Under the pieces are notes generated by a model. The model worked only from the letters and a program-made list of their open reading frames with translations, was not told the origin of the DNA and did no database searches. From Myxococcota bacterium (lineage in GTDB: Bacteria > Myxococcota_A > UBA9160 > PR03), in contig JBFIML010000039.1 in NCBI GenBank assembly GCA_041611735.1, positions 1 to 43,225 of the forward strand: a stretch of 43,225 bases of DNA, given 5' to 3'. Numbering within the stretch: position 1 is the stretch's first letter; each line of letters starts with the position of its first letter. Below are positions 18,207-27,151 of the stretch, piece after piece. The position numbers and the translations under genes are program-made.

Positions 18207-18680
18207 CTAGCGCGCGCGACCGACCAGCGCCGGCGCGTCCAAGCCGACCCGGTCTCCCACACGCAGGCCGAGCTCGAAGAGCCGCCCGCTCGCCGTCTCC
18301 AGGGCGAACTGGGCGGGACGGCCGCTCCAGTACGGGGGCAGCCGCGCCTCGTAGTCCGCGGCGCTCTCGTCGGGCCGGCGCGGCGGCTCGGGCCCCATGG
18401 CATGGAGCGCCACCACGCGACCCGTGGGGTCCAGGAAGGCCACGTCGAGGGGGATGGCGCAGTCGCGCATCACGGCGCCGATCACGCGCGGCGCCGGGTA
18501 GACGAAGAGCAGGCCCCCGTCGCGGGGCACCAGGTCGCGGCCGCTCAGGCCGCGATAGCGGCTCTCCGGATCGAGGGCCAGCTCGAGGTGCAGCACGACG
18601 CCCCCCACCTCGACCGCCACGCGCTCGGGGGCCGTGGCCCCGCAGGCCACCAGGAGCAGGGCGACGACGAGCAGCCTCAC
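18207..18680 (-). CDS. DUF192 lipoprotein
   Basis: Lipobox LVAC; LELA...RGLSGR...GGLLFVY...IPLDVAFLD...ALETASG; GTG overlaps the patatin stop. Confidence 0.85.
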   Translation of the reverse strand: MRLLVVALLLVACGATAPERVAVEVGGVVLHLELALDPESRYRGLSGRDLVPRDGGLLFVYPAPRVIGAVMRDCAIPLDVAFLDPTGRVVALHAMGPEPPRRPDESAADYEARLPPYWSGRPAQFALETASGRLFELGLRVGDRVGLDAPALVGRAR

Positions 18681-19624
18681 CAGCCGTTGCGCTCCAGCCA
18701 GCGGACGGTTTCGGCGAGGCGCACGCGTCGGGCCGCGTCCTCGAGCCGCTGGAGGGTGTCCGGTGAGGCGTCGTCCAGATCCACACCGCGCTCGAGGTAG
18801 GCATCGAGCCGGTGGTAGCCCTCTCCCAGGATCTGCCGGCACTGGAAGTCCGCGACGCCCATGGTGCCGCTCAGCATGAGCGAGACGAGCGGCCGCGCCC
18901 ACTGGCCCCAGCCCCAGTCGTGCCGGGACCCGTGGACGAACTTCGGCTCCGTGCCGGCGCCCAGGGAGAGCAGCCGCACCTGCTCGAGCCGCTGCCCGCC
19001 CGCCCGCGGGTCGAGCGCCTGGGCCAGGGCGGCCATGCTCGGGTTGTTGGCCACCACGCCCCCGTCCACGTAGCCCTGGTAGGAGGGGAAGAAGGTCGGG
19101 GCCGCGCTGGTGCGCAGCGCCACGTCCACCAAGAGCTCCGCGCCGTCCGAATCGGCCCCGGGGAAGTTGTGGAAGAACTTGGGCTTCCACATGCGCGGGC
19201 GCCGCCCCTGGGGCGGGGCGTCGAGGTCGAAGGCCGGTACCAGCACGCGCCTGCGGAGGTCGCGCAGCCGCCGCTTCCCGAACTCCCGGCGCAGCACCCG
19301 GGCCAGGCCCGTGGGGCGGTAGTCGGCGCCGACCGCCGTGCCGAGGTCCACGAGATCGTCCCAGAAGGAGTCGTCGAAGACCTTGGCGGCATCGCGCCGG
19401 AGGATCCGGGCCAGCTCCGCCGGCGAACGTCCGGCGGCCAGCGCCAGGGCGAGGATCCCCCCGGTGGATGTCCCGGCCAGGAGATCCGCGCGCTCCAGGA
19501 GGTCTGGGCGGCGCTCCACCAGGCGCGCCAGCACCCTGGCGGTGAAGAGGCCCTTCACCCCACCGCCGTCCAGGGCCAGGATGCGATAGGCGCTACCCTG
19601 CCGGGGCGCGCCAGGGGATCCCAT
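18677..19624 (-). CDS. Patatin-like phospholipase
   Basis: DGGGVKG, GTSTG, SAAPTFF, DGGVVANNP. Confidence 0.93.
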   Translation of the reverse strand: MGSPGAPRQGSAYRILALDGGGVKGLFTARVLARLVERRPDLLERADLLAGTSTGGILALALAAGRSPAELARILRRDAAKVFDDSFWDDLVDLGTAVGADYRPTGLARVLRREFGKRRLRDLRRRVLVPAFDLDAPPQGRRPRMWKPKFFHNFPGADSDGAELLVDVALRTSAAPTFFPSYQGYVDGGVVANNPSMAALAQALDPRAGGQRLEQVRLLSLGAGTEPKFVHGSRHDWGWGQWARPLVSLMLSGTMGVADFQCRQILGEGYHRLDAYLERGVDLDDASPDTLQRLEDAARRVRLAETVRWLERNGW

Positions 19625-20885
19625 GTTCCGCCTCCTCCGCCTGATGGCCCGGCTCGGCTGGCCGATGCGGATGCTCGGCCCCTTCTTCGGCCGCTACAAC
19701 CCCTTCCACCCGGACTTCCTGCGGGATCCCTACCCGCACTACGCGCGCCTGCGCCGCCAGGCGCCGGTCTACCGCCACCCGGTCTTCGGGGTCGTCTACC
19801 TGACGCGCTACGACGACGTCCTCGGCGTGCTGCGCGACCCGAGCTTCTCGGTGCGCCGCATGGAGACGCAGGCCTTCCGCCGCGTCTTTCCGCTGGAGAA
19901 GCTGCAGCCGGAGCTGCTCGCCTCCATGCGCACCAACCTGCTGATGATCGACCCGCCGGACCACACCCGGATCCGGAACCTGGTGAACAAGGCCTTCACG
20001 CCGCGCATGGTGGAGAAGCTCCAGCCGCGCATCGAAACGCTGGTGGAGGAGCTCCTGGACGAGGCCGCCGAGAAGGGAGCCATCGACTTCGTGCAGGAGT
20101 TCGCCTACCCACTTCCGGTGGTCGTGATCGCCGAGATGCTGGGCGTCCCGGTGGAGGACCGCCACAAGATCAAGCGCTGGTCCGACGACCTCGCGGCGCT
20201 GCTCGACCCGCTCACCGCGTTGGAGGGCCTCGGCAGCATCGACCGCTCGTTGATGGAGCTCTCCGAGTACCTGGGAGGCGTCATCGAGGAGCGCCGGCGT
20301 GTGCCCCGGGACGACCTCATCAGCGCGCTGGTGGCCGCCGAGGAGGCCGGCACGCACCTGACGGAAGTGGAGATGGGATCCCTGGTCGCGCTCATCCTGG
20401 GCGCCGGCCACGAGACCACCACGAACCTGCTGGCGAACGCGATCGTGGCCTTGCTGCGAAACCCGGGCGAGCGCAAGCGATTCGCCGAGGACCCGGCCCT
20501 GGCCGCCACCGCGGTGGAGGAGTTCCTGCGCTACGAGTCGCCGGTGCAGGCGACGGACCGCGTCTGCACCCGGGAATGCGAGATCGGCGGACAGCGCATC
20601 CGGCCCGGGGAGATCGTGGTGCTGCTGCTGGCCGCGGCGAACCGCGATCCGGAGCGCTTCGGGGAGCCGGACCGGCTCGACCTCGGACGCGCCGAGAACC
20701 GCCACCTGGCCTTCGGGCAGGGAGCGCATTTCTGCCTGGGAGCGCACCTGGCGCGGGTGGAGGCGCGGATCGCGCTGGCACACTTCGTGCGGCGTTTTCC
20801 GGACTTCGGCGGGGACCCCGGCAACGTGACGTGGCGAAAATCCCTCGTCCTGCGCGGGCCGACGACGCTGCCGCTCTCGCTCTGA
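19623..20885 (+). CDS. Cytochrome P450
   Basis: AGHETT I-helix, EEFLR (ExxR), FGQGAHFCLG heme-binding Cys. Confidence 0.96.
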   Translation: MFRLLRLMARLGWPMRMLGPFFGRYNPFHPDFLRDPYPHYARLRRQAPVYRHPVFGVVYLTRYDDVLGVLRDPSFSVRRMETQAFRRVFPLEKLQPELLASMRTNLLMIDPPDHTRIRNLVNKAFTPRMVEKLQPRIETLVEELLDEAAEKGAIDFVQEFAYPLPVVVIAEMLGVPVEDRHKIKRWSDDLAALLDPLTALEGLGSIDRSLMELSEYLGGVIEERRRVPRDDLISALVAAEEAGTHLTEVEMGSLVALILGAGHETTTNLLANAIVALLRNPGERKRFAEDPALAATAVEEFLRYESPVQATDRVCTRECEIGGQRIRPGEIVVLLLAAANRDPERFGEPDRLDLGRAENRHLAFGQGAHFCLGAHLARVEARIALAHFVRRFPDFGGDPGNVTWRKSLVLRGPTTLPLSL

Positions 20886-20935
20886 GTGCCACGTCTGCGG
20901 CCTCCCTCCCACCTTGTGGGAGGAGGAATGCGCCG

Positions 20936-21640
20936 GTGCGCCAGCTGGCTTCGTTGGTTCTCGCCCTGGGACTCGCGCAGGCGGCCTGGGCGCTCCCGAT
21001 CGACGACTTCTCGACCGTCCAGAGTGTCGTCAGCGCGGTGGGGGCGCCGGCCGCCCAGACGGTCTCGAACGGCGTCGCCAGCCCGACCTCCATCGGGGGC
21101 GCCCGGACGATCGTCCTGGCGCGCACGGCCGGGATCGGGCTGGCCTCCATCGACGTGGACGTGAGCCAGGACGACGTGCTCTCCTTCGACACCGGGTCGG
21201 CGGTGGTGGCCAATGGCCGGCTCCTGTACGACGGAAACACCGACGACGTGCTCGACCCGACCGGCCTGGGGGGCGTGGACGCCAGCGACGGCGGCGCCAG
21301 CGCGGTGCTGCGCGTCGTGGCCCGCTCCGACCTGGCCGCGCTCCTCCGGGTGAGCTTCTTCACGGACGCATCGAACTTCTCGGTGGCGGAGATCGCCCTG
21401 CCGGGCACGGGCACGGACGCTCCCTTCCAGGTGATCGACGTGCCGTTCACCGCCTTCGTCGCCACGGGGGGCGGGGCCGACTTCTCCAGCATCGGGGCCG
21501 TCTCGGTGGCCTTCTCGGGACCCGCCTCGCTGGACCTGCAGATCGACCGCATCGAGACCATCGTGCCCGAGCCGGGGACGCTGCTCCTGCTCGTCGCCGG
21601 GCTGGCGGGGCTGCGACTCCTGCGGTCGCCCCGGCGGTAG
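20936..21640 (+). CDS. PEP-CTERM sorting-domain surface protein
   Basis: AGGAGG RBS plus GTG; signal peptide; C-terminal VPEPGTLLLLVAGLAGLRLLRSPRR. Confidence 0.88.
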   Translation: MRQLASLVLALGLAQAAWALPIDDFSTVQSVVSAVGAPAAQTVSNGVASPTSIGGARTIVLARTAGIGLASIDVDVSQDDVLSFDTGSAVVANGRLLYDGNTDDVLDPTGLGGVDASDGGASAVLRVVARSDLAALLRVSFFTDASNFSVAEIALPGTGTDAPFQVIDVPFTAFVATGGGADFSSIGAVSVAFSGPASLDLQIDRIETIVPEPGTLLLLVAGLAGLRLLRSPRR

Positions 21641-21699
21641 GGTTCGCCGCGGAGCACGTCGCGAAGCCTGCCGGCCGCCGGGCTAGGCTGGCGGGCAGC

Positions 21700-22338
21700 G
21701 TGCCGAGATCCCCCGACGCGCGCGGCTTGCTGGTGGACGGGCCGACCTCGGGACCCGGGATCGTCCTGGCCCACGGTGCCGGCGCGCCCATGGACTCGCC
21801 CTTCCTGGAGACGTTCGCCGCGGGCCTGGCCGAGCGCGGCCTGCGGGTGGTGCGCTTCGAGTTCCCGTACATGCGCCGGCGGCGGGCGTCCGGGCGCCGC
21901 GGCGCTCCGGACCGCGAGCCCGTGCTGCGCCGGGCCTGGGAGGAGGTGGCGGAGGCGCTCGGCGGCGGGGCGGAGCTCGTGATCGGAGGCAAGTCCCTGG
22001 GCGGGCGCATGGCCGCCTGCGTGGCCGACGCGCTGGGCGTGCGGGGCCTCGTCTGCCTGGGCTTCCCCTTCCACCCGCCGGGACGTCCGGAGCGGACGCG
22101 AACCGCAGCCCTCGAGCGCATGCGAACGCCGACCCTGATCGTGCAGGGCACCCGCGACGCCTTCGGGAAGCCCGAGGAGGTGAAGGGCTACCGGCTCTCG
22201 CCCCAGGTTCGGGTGCACTGGCTCGCGGACGGCGACCACTCCTTCAAGCCGCGCGTGCGCTCCGGCCGGACCCTCCAGCAGAACCTGGACGAGGCCATCT
22301 CCGTCGTGGCCGCCTTCGCGGCGCGGGAGGCAAGCTAG
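21700..22338 (+). CDS. Alpha/beta hydrolase (KANL3/Tex30-like)
   Basis: LAHGAGAPMDS, GGKSLGGR, QGTRD, DGDHSF. Confidence 0.9.
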   Translation: MPRSPDARGLLVDGPTSGPGIVLAHGAGAPMDSPFLETFAAGLAERGLRVVRFEFPYMRRRRASGRRGAPDREPVLRRAWEEVAEALGGGAELVIGGKSLGGRMAACVADALGVRGLVCLGFPFHPPGRPERTRTAALERMRTPTLIVQGTRDAFGKPEEVKGYRLSPQVRVHWLADGDHSFKPRVRSGRTLQQNLDEAISVVAAFAAREAS

Positions 22339-22688
22339 CGCTCGCCCTGCGGCGCTCCGGGTCGCGGACGGAGCGCCAGGAAGAGGCGCGCTCCCGCCCA
22401 GGCCAGGGCGAAGACGACGACCAGGAGCGGCAGCCCGTGGAGGAGCAGGACGGTGACGCCACCCACCAGGGCGGTGGAGCGTTCCGGCTCGACGACCCGG
22501 GCCAGGACCCCCACCCCGTAGAGGGCGAAGGTGACCCACGAGGCGTGGGCCGCGAAGCGCGTGGCCTGCCGTGCCGGCGTGGCGCGCCGGGCCGCCACGC
22601 GGCCCAGCGCCCAGCAGGCCACCGCCACGACGCCCACGATCACCGCCCCGTGGGCGAGGATCAGGAGCTCGAAGGCGAGCTCACTCAT
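22335..22688 (-). CDS. Small membrane protein (about 3 TM)
   Basis: Three hydrophobic segments; fills the gap downstream of the co-oriented gene. Confidence 0.6.
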   Translation of the reverse strand: MSELAFELLILAHGAVIVGVVAVACWALGRVAARRATPARQATRFAAHASWVTFALYGVGVLARVVEPERSTALVGGVTVLLLHGLPLLVVVFALAWAGARLFLALRPRPGAPQGER

Positions 22689-22731
22689 GGCCGGCGAGCC
22701 CGAGCCCTGGGGCGCCGCTGCTCCCGCGGAC

Positions 22732-24693
22732 TCACTCGCACAGGATGCTCAAACGCGCCGGCGGCGAGGTCTGCCCCTGGGCGTCCGTCAGCGTGTACTC
22801 CCCCTCCAGATGCTCCGGCAGGTTCGGGACGCCGCCCCAGCAGCCGAAGCCGTCTGGCCACCGGATCGGCTCGCTGCATTCCCCGAAGCTTTGCGCGTTG
22901 TCGATGCAGCGCCAGCCGCCGGGACACCGGCTCACGGTGTAGTCCACGGTGATCGGAAAGGTCGCGAAGCCCTCCCAGGAGATCGCCACGTCGGCGGGAT
23001 CCGAGCCCGGCTGCGCGGGGCCCCAGCGGGCGTGGGGGCGATCCGGCGCAAAGCCGCTGATCTCGAGGCGCGCGCAGTCGCCGCACACGGAGTCGCCCGC
23101 GCAGTTGCAGCCGCAGCACGCGTCCGGCGCGTGGCAGCGGGTCGGGTTCCCGGCGTCGCAGCGCAAGGTGGGGATCCAGGCCGAGGCGCCCCGGGCCATG
23201 GCGCACACGAAGCCCGACCGGAAGTCCGCAGTTTCGCAGGCGGCGCAGCGGGCCAGGAAGTCCTGGTCGCAGACGCTCCCCGTGAACTGGCAGCTCGCGC
23301 CGACGCAGCGCTCCCGGCCGCAGGCGTCGTGGCACCAGCAGGCCGCGTTGATGCAGCTGTTGGCGCCGACCACGAGCAGGGCCGGCGTGCCGTTGGCCTC
23401 GTCGCCGGGCCCGCAGTAGTCGAGCTCCGGGTCGAAGTCCCCCATGCAGCCCGCCGGGTCGTTGGCCAGGGGCGGGCCGCAGCCCGACGCCGCGGCCGTC
23501 GCGGCCGAGACCGACGCGGCGGCGGGGGCCGGCGGGTCGAGCCGACAGCCGAGATCCTGGGCCACACGCGCCAGGACCAGGGGCCAGTGGGCGCGCTGGT
23601 GGGGCTCCACGGGGAGGTTCTGCGCCCGGAGGGCTGCCACGGCGGTGACCACCGCCGCGTCCATGTCCCCTGGCGTGAGGGAGAGGGCGTCGCAGCCCGG
23701 GAGCTCGACCGCGCCGGCCGCCCCGCACGCGCAGCGGCCGTCTCCCGGAGCTGCGCAGTAGCGGAGGCCGCTGCAGGCTCCGCTCGCGCACACCGCGCCG
23801 GCCTGGCAGCCGACGCCCACGCAGGTGCCGGCCGTGTCGCAGGCGCTGGCGGGCGTGCAGCCGCGCCCGTCGTCGCAGGAGGCCAGGGGCGGCTCGAAGC
23901 GGCACAGAGACGAGCAGCAGTCGCCGTCCACGGCGTTGCCGTCGTCGCACTGCTCGTCCGGACCGAGGACGCCGTCGCCGCAGCTCCAGGCGGTGACCAC
24001 CCGCACCTGGTCGAAGATCCAGTCCTGGAGGGCGAGGGTCACGGTGCGCCCGTCGGCGCCGAGAACCAGGAGGTCCGGCAGCGTCTGGTTGAAGCCCGCC
24101 AGCTCGAGGCCCCGGTGGTCGCCCCAGAAGCTGCCCGGCCAGGGATAGGCGGTGTCCGGATGACCGAGCGCCGGGTCGCTCGCATCGAGGGACGAGCGCT
24201 CGACGATCACGCCCAGCACGGGTCGCGGGAAGGTGACGGCTCCCGAGACGGTTCCCGAGAGCTCCGGATCGAAGTGGAGCAGATAGCTGGCCACGCGGAC
24301 GCCGGCGGGGATCGTGACGGGCATCAGGCCCGTGGGGTCGTCGTAGGTGCCGGGCAGCGAGGCGTCCAGCCGGAGGGGGGCGTCGAGGACGACGGCCGCC
24401 TCTCCGAACAGGCGGATCTCCGTCTCGCTCTCGGTCTCGCTGGTGAAGACGGAGGGCGGTGGGGCAACGACCACCACGGACCCCGCGGCGACCAGGGAGT
24501 CCGTCGGCGCGACCGCCGCGGAAACGAGCTCCAGGGACGCCGCCGCCGCGAAGCGCTCCGCTGCGGGCGCGTCGGCCCCCGTCGGCCCGCCGGCTACGGG
24601 TCCGTCGGCTTCGCGCACGGCCGTCGAGCCGAAGGCCACGCAGACGAGGAGGAGGGGCAGGAGGCGGCGCGCGATCGATGCGAGAGAGCCCAC
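22732..24693 (-). CDS. Secreted Cys-rich multidomain protein with DUF4215 repeat and phospholipase A2-like domain
   Basis: Signal peptide; CGDGVLGPDEQCDDGNAVDGDCCSSLC; DYCGPG...ACWCHDAC...CDQDFLARC. Confidence 0.75.
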   Translation of the reverse strand: MGSLASIARRLLPLLLVCVAFGSTAVREADGPVAGGPTGADAPAAERFAAAASLELVSAAVAPTDSLVAAGSVVVVAPPPSVFTSETESETEIRLFGEAAVVLDAPLRLDASLPGTYDDPTGLMPVTIPAGVRVASYLLHFDPELSGTVSGAVTFPRPVLGVIVERSSLDASDPALGHPDTAYPWPGSFWGDHRGLELAGFNQTLPDLLVLGADGRTVTLALQDWIFDQVRVVTAWSCGDGVLGPDEQCDDGNAVDGDCCSSLCRFEPPLASCDDGRGCTPASACDTAGTCVGVGCQAGAVCASGACSGLRYCAAPGDGRCACGAAGAVELPGCDALSLTPGDMDAAVVTAVAALRAQNLPVEPHQRAHWPLVLARVAQDLGCRLDPPAPAAASVSAATAAASGCGPPLANDPAGCMGDFDPELDYCGPGDEANGTPALLVVGANSCINAACWCHDACGRERCVGASCQFTGSVCDQDFLARCAACETADFRSGFVCAMARGASAWIPTLRCDAGNPTRCHAPDACCGCNCAGDSVCGDCARLEISGFAPDRPHARWGPAQPGSDPADVAISWEGFATFPITVDYTVSRCPGGWRCIDNAQSFGECSEPIRWPDGFGCWGGVPNLPEHLEGEYTLTDAQGQTSPPARLSILCE

Positions 24694-24882
24694 CCGGTCG
24701 CCTTCTCGTCGGGACGCCGGGGCGGCGAATCACCGGGGCGGTGGAGCAAGATCCGGGCCAGTCGAGGCGCGCCCACGACACCGCTTGCGAGCCCGTCGTG
24801 GACGATCGACCACGGCGCGGCGGAACCCGTGTCCGCATCGCCGCTGCCGGGAGCACGGGCCTCCGGTAGCCTCCCGGAACGC

Positions 24883-24972
24883 GGAGAGGTGGCCGAGCGG
24901 TCGAAGGCGGCGGTCTTGAAAACCGCTAGGCGCGCGAGCGTCTCGGGGGTTCGAATCCCTCCCTCTCCGCCA
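24883..24972 (+). tRNA. tRNA-Ser(TGA)
   Basis: GGAGAGG acceptor, GCGGT-CT-TGA-AA-ACCGC, long variable arm, G73, CCA. Confidence 0.96.
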
Positions 24973-24996
24973 GCCCCCGGGACCAGCGGAGGCGCC

Positions 24997-26625
24997 GTGG
25001 ACTGCGACTTCAAGCTCTCGGGCGGGACCGTGATCGACGGTACCGGAGCCCCGGGCGTGCGCGCCGACGTGGCGGTGGCCGGCGACCGCATCCTGGCCGT
25101 AGGCGACCTCGCGGACCTGCGAGCCGCCGAGACCCTCGACTGTACGGGCCGCGTGGTCACGCCCGGCTTCATCGACATCCACTCCCACTCGGACTTCCTG
25201 GTGCCGGGGCGCGACGCGGGGGCGCGGGTGGAGCCCTTCCTGCGTCAGGGCATGACGACGCTGGTGGGCGGGAACTGCGGCTTCAGCCCCGCCCCGGTCA
25301 GCGAGCGCAATCGCGACGCCACCCGGGAGAGCAGTCGCCTGATCCTGGACGACGTGCTCGAGCCGCGCTGGACCAGCATGGACGGCTTCCTCTGCGCACT
25401 GGAGGAGACCGGCGTCCCGCTCAACGTGGCGGAGCTGGTGGGCCACGGGGCGGTGCGGGCGGCGGTGATGGGCTCGCTCGATCCGGCGCCGCCCACGCCC
25501 GAGCAGCTCGAGGCCATGGAGCGCCTGGCCCGGGAGGCCCTGGATGCTGGCTGCATCGGCGTCTCCACGGGCCTCGGCTACGCGCCCGGGATCTTCGCCC
25601 GCCCCGAGGAGCTGGCCGTGGTGGCGGGCTGGGCCGGACGCACCGGGAAGCTCTTCACGTCGCACGTGCGCGCCTACAGCCGCGTGAGCCCCGTGTACCA
25701 GAGCGACCCGAACCAGACGCCCCACAACGTGAAGGCGCTGCTCGAGGTGATGCAGGCGGCCCGGGCGGGCGGCGCGCGCTGTCAGCTCTCCCATCTCATC
25801 TTCGTGGGCCGCAGGACCTGGCCGACCTGCGCACAGGCCCTCGCGGCCATCGAGCGCGAGCGCGAGGCCGGCCTCGACGTGGCCTTCGACGCCTTCCCCT
25901 ACACCGCCGGCAACACCACGGCCGCCGTACTCTTCCCGCCCGAGATGCTGCCGCACCTGGAGAAGATCCTGGCGGACCCCACGGCGCTGGAGGGCATCCG
26001 GGCCCTGGGACGCCGCGTCTTCGCGGAGATCGGCTTCTTCCTGGAGGACGTCCAGATCATGCGCGCCAACGCGCCGGAGTTCGACGCCTACGACGGCCTC
26101 TTCGTGGGCGAGGCGGCGGAGCGGGCGGAGATGGACGTCTGGGAGTTCTACGCGCGCCTCGTGCTCGCCAGTCACCGCAACGCCCGCGTCCTGAACCACA
26201 CCTACAGCGGGCACGCGGGCCAGGAGGACGCCCTGCGCCGGGTGCTGGCCCATCCGCTCTGCACGATCGAGACCGACACCTTCGTGACGGAGCACGGCCA
26301 CCAGAACCCGGCCAGTTACGGGACCTTCCCGCGCGTGCTCTCCACCTACGTGGAGGCCGGTCTGTTCCCGCTGGCGGAGGCCGTCCGCAAGATGACGAGC
26401 GCGCCCGCCGAGCGGCTGGGCCTCCCGGACCGGGGCGTGCTGCGGCGCGACGCGGCAGCGGATCTCGTGGTGTTCGACCCGGCGCGGCTGCGCGACCGGG
26501 CCACCTTCCAGGAGCCGGCACGCTTTCCCACCGGGATCGAGCACGTCTTCGTGAACGGGGCGCACGTGGTGGCGGGAGATCGCTACGCCGCCGGCGCCCG
26601 GGCGGGCCGCGTGCTGCGCGCCTAG
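24997..26625 (+). CDS. N-acyl-D-amino-acid deacylase family amidohydrolase
   Basis: GGAGG plus GTG; IDGTG, PGFIDIHSHSD, GNCGFS, YGTFPRVL, ADLVVFDP. Confidence 0.92.
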   Translation: MDCDFKLSGGTVIDGTGAPGVRADVAVAGDRILAVGDLADLRAAETLDCTGRVVTPGFIDIHSHSDFLVPGRDAGARVEPFLRQGMTTLVGGNCGFSPAPVSERNRDATRESSRLILDDVLEPRWTSMDGFLCALEETGVPLNVAELVGHGAVRAAVMGSLDPAPPTPEQLEAMERLAREALDAGCIGVSTGLGYAPGIFARPEELAVVAGWAGRTGKLFTSHVRAYSRVSPVYQSDPNQTPHNVKALLEVMQAARAGGARCQLSHLIFVGRRTWPTCAQALAAIEREREAGLDVAFDAFPYTAGNTTAAVLFPPEMLPHLEKILADPTALEGIRALGRRVFAEIGFFLEDVQIMRANAPEFDAYDGLFVGEAAERAEMDVWEFYARLVLASHRNARVLNHTYSGHAGQEDALRRVLAHPLCTIETDTFVTEHGHQNPASYGTFPRVLSTYVEAGLFPLAEAVRKMTSAPAERLGLPDRGVLRRDAAADLVVFDPARLRDRATFQEPARFPTGIEHVFVNGAHVVAGDRYAAGARAGRVLRA

Positions 26626-26698
26626 GCCGACCCAGGACTGGCGTGGCAAGGCCCGGGGGTCCCTCCCGGCCCGCCCGCCGCTATCCTCGGATGCCTCG

Positions 26699-27023
26699 GC
26701 AGCGAGCCGCAGGCGAGCGAAGTTCACAGGCTCAGCAAGGCGGACCCCGGGCCGCCGCGCAGCGAGCCGCAGGCGAGCGAAGTTCACAGGCTCAGCAAGG
26801 CGGACCCCGGGCCGCCGCGCAGCGAGCCGCAGGCGAGCGAAGTTCATGAGGCATGGAGAGGTGGCCGAGTGGCTGAAGGCACAGGTTTGCTAAACCTGCA
26901 TAGGGGCAACCCTATCGAGGGTTCGAATCCCTCCCTCTCCGCCACCATGGGATTTCCGGCTCAGCCAGGCGGACCCGGGGCCGCCGGGCAGCGAGCCGCA
27001 GGCGAGCGAAGTTCATGAGGCAT
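26699..27023 (+). repeat. 60-bp REP-like tandem repeat (about 2.5 copies) plus one further copy between tRNA-Ser genes
   Basis: 26701-26760 equals 26761-26820 exactly; partial third copy to 26846; near-identical copy from 26958. Confidence 0.92.
26855..26944 (+). tRNA. tRNA-Ser(GCT)
   Basis: CAGGT-TT-GCT-AA-ACCTG anticodon arm, long variable arm, CCA. Confidence 0.96.
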
Positions 27024-27114
<91 letters not shown>

Positions 27115-27151
27115 CCCCGCCCCGGGGCCTCTCGCCTCGGCATCCGGTTCG

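Noticed and set aside
18677-19624. CBASS/CapV anti-phage effector
   Set aside because: The patatin has no neighbouring CD-NTase or other defence genes; context is DUF192 and P450.
18812-20935. 942-aa PEP-CTERM ORF
   Set aside because: The upstream part overlaps patatin and P450 in other frames; signal peptide and RBS place the start at 20936.
24883-24972. Selenocysteine or suppressor tRNA
   Set aside because: Anticodon TGA reads UCA (Ser); Sec would need TCA and a longer acceptor stem.
22531-24996. 1364-aa fusion ORF ending in the deacylase
   Set aside because: The upstream part is antisense to a real gene and crosses tRNA-Ser; an RBS and GTG exist at 24997.
26699-27023. CRISPR array
   Set aside because: Units are identical along their full length with no unique spacers, and there are no cas genes in the window.
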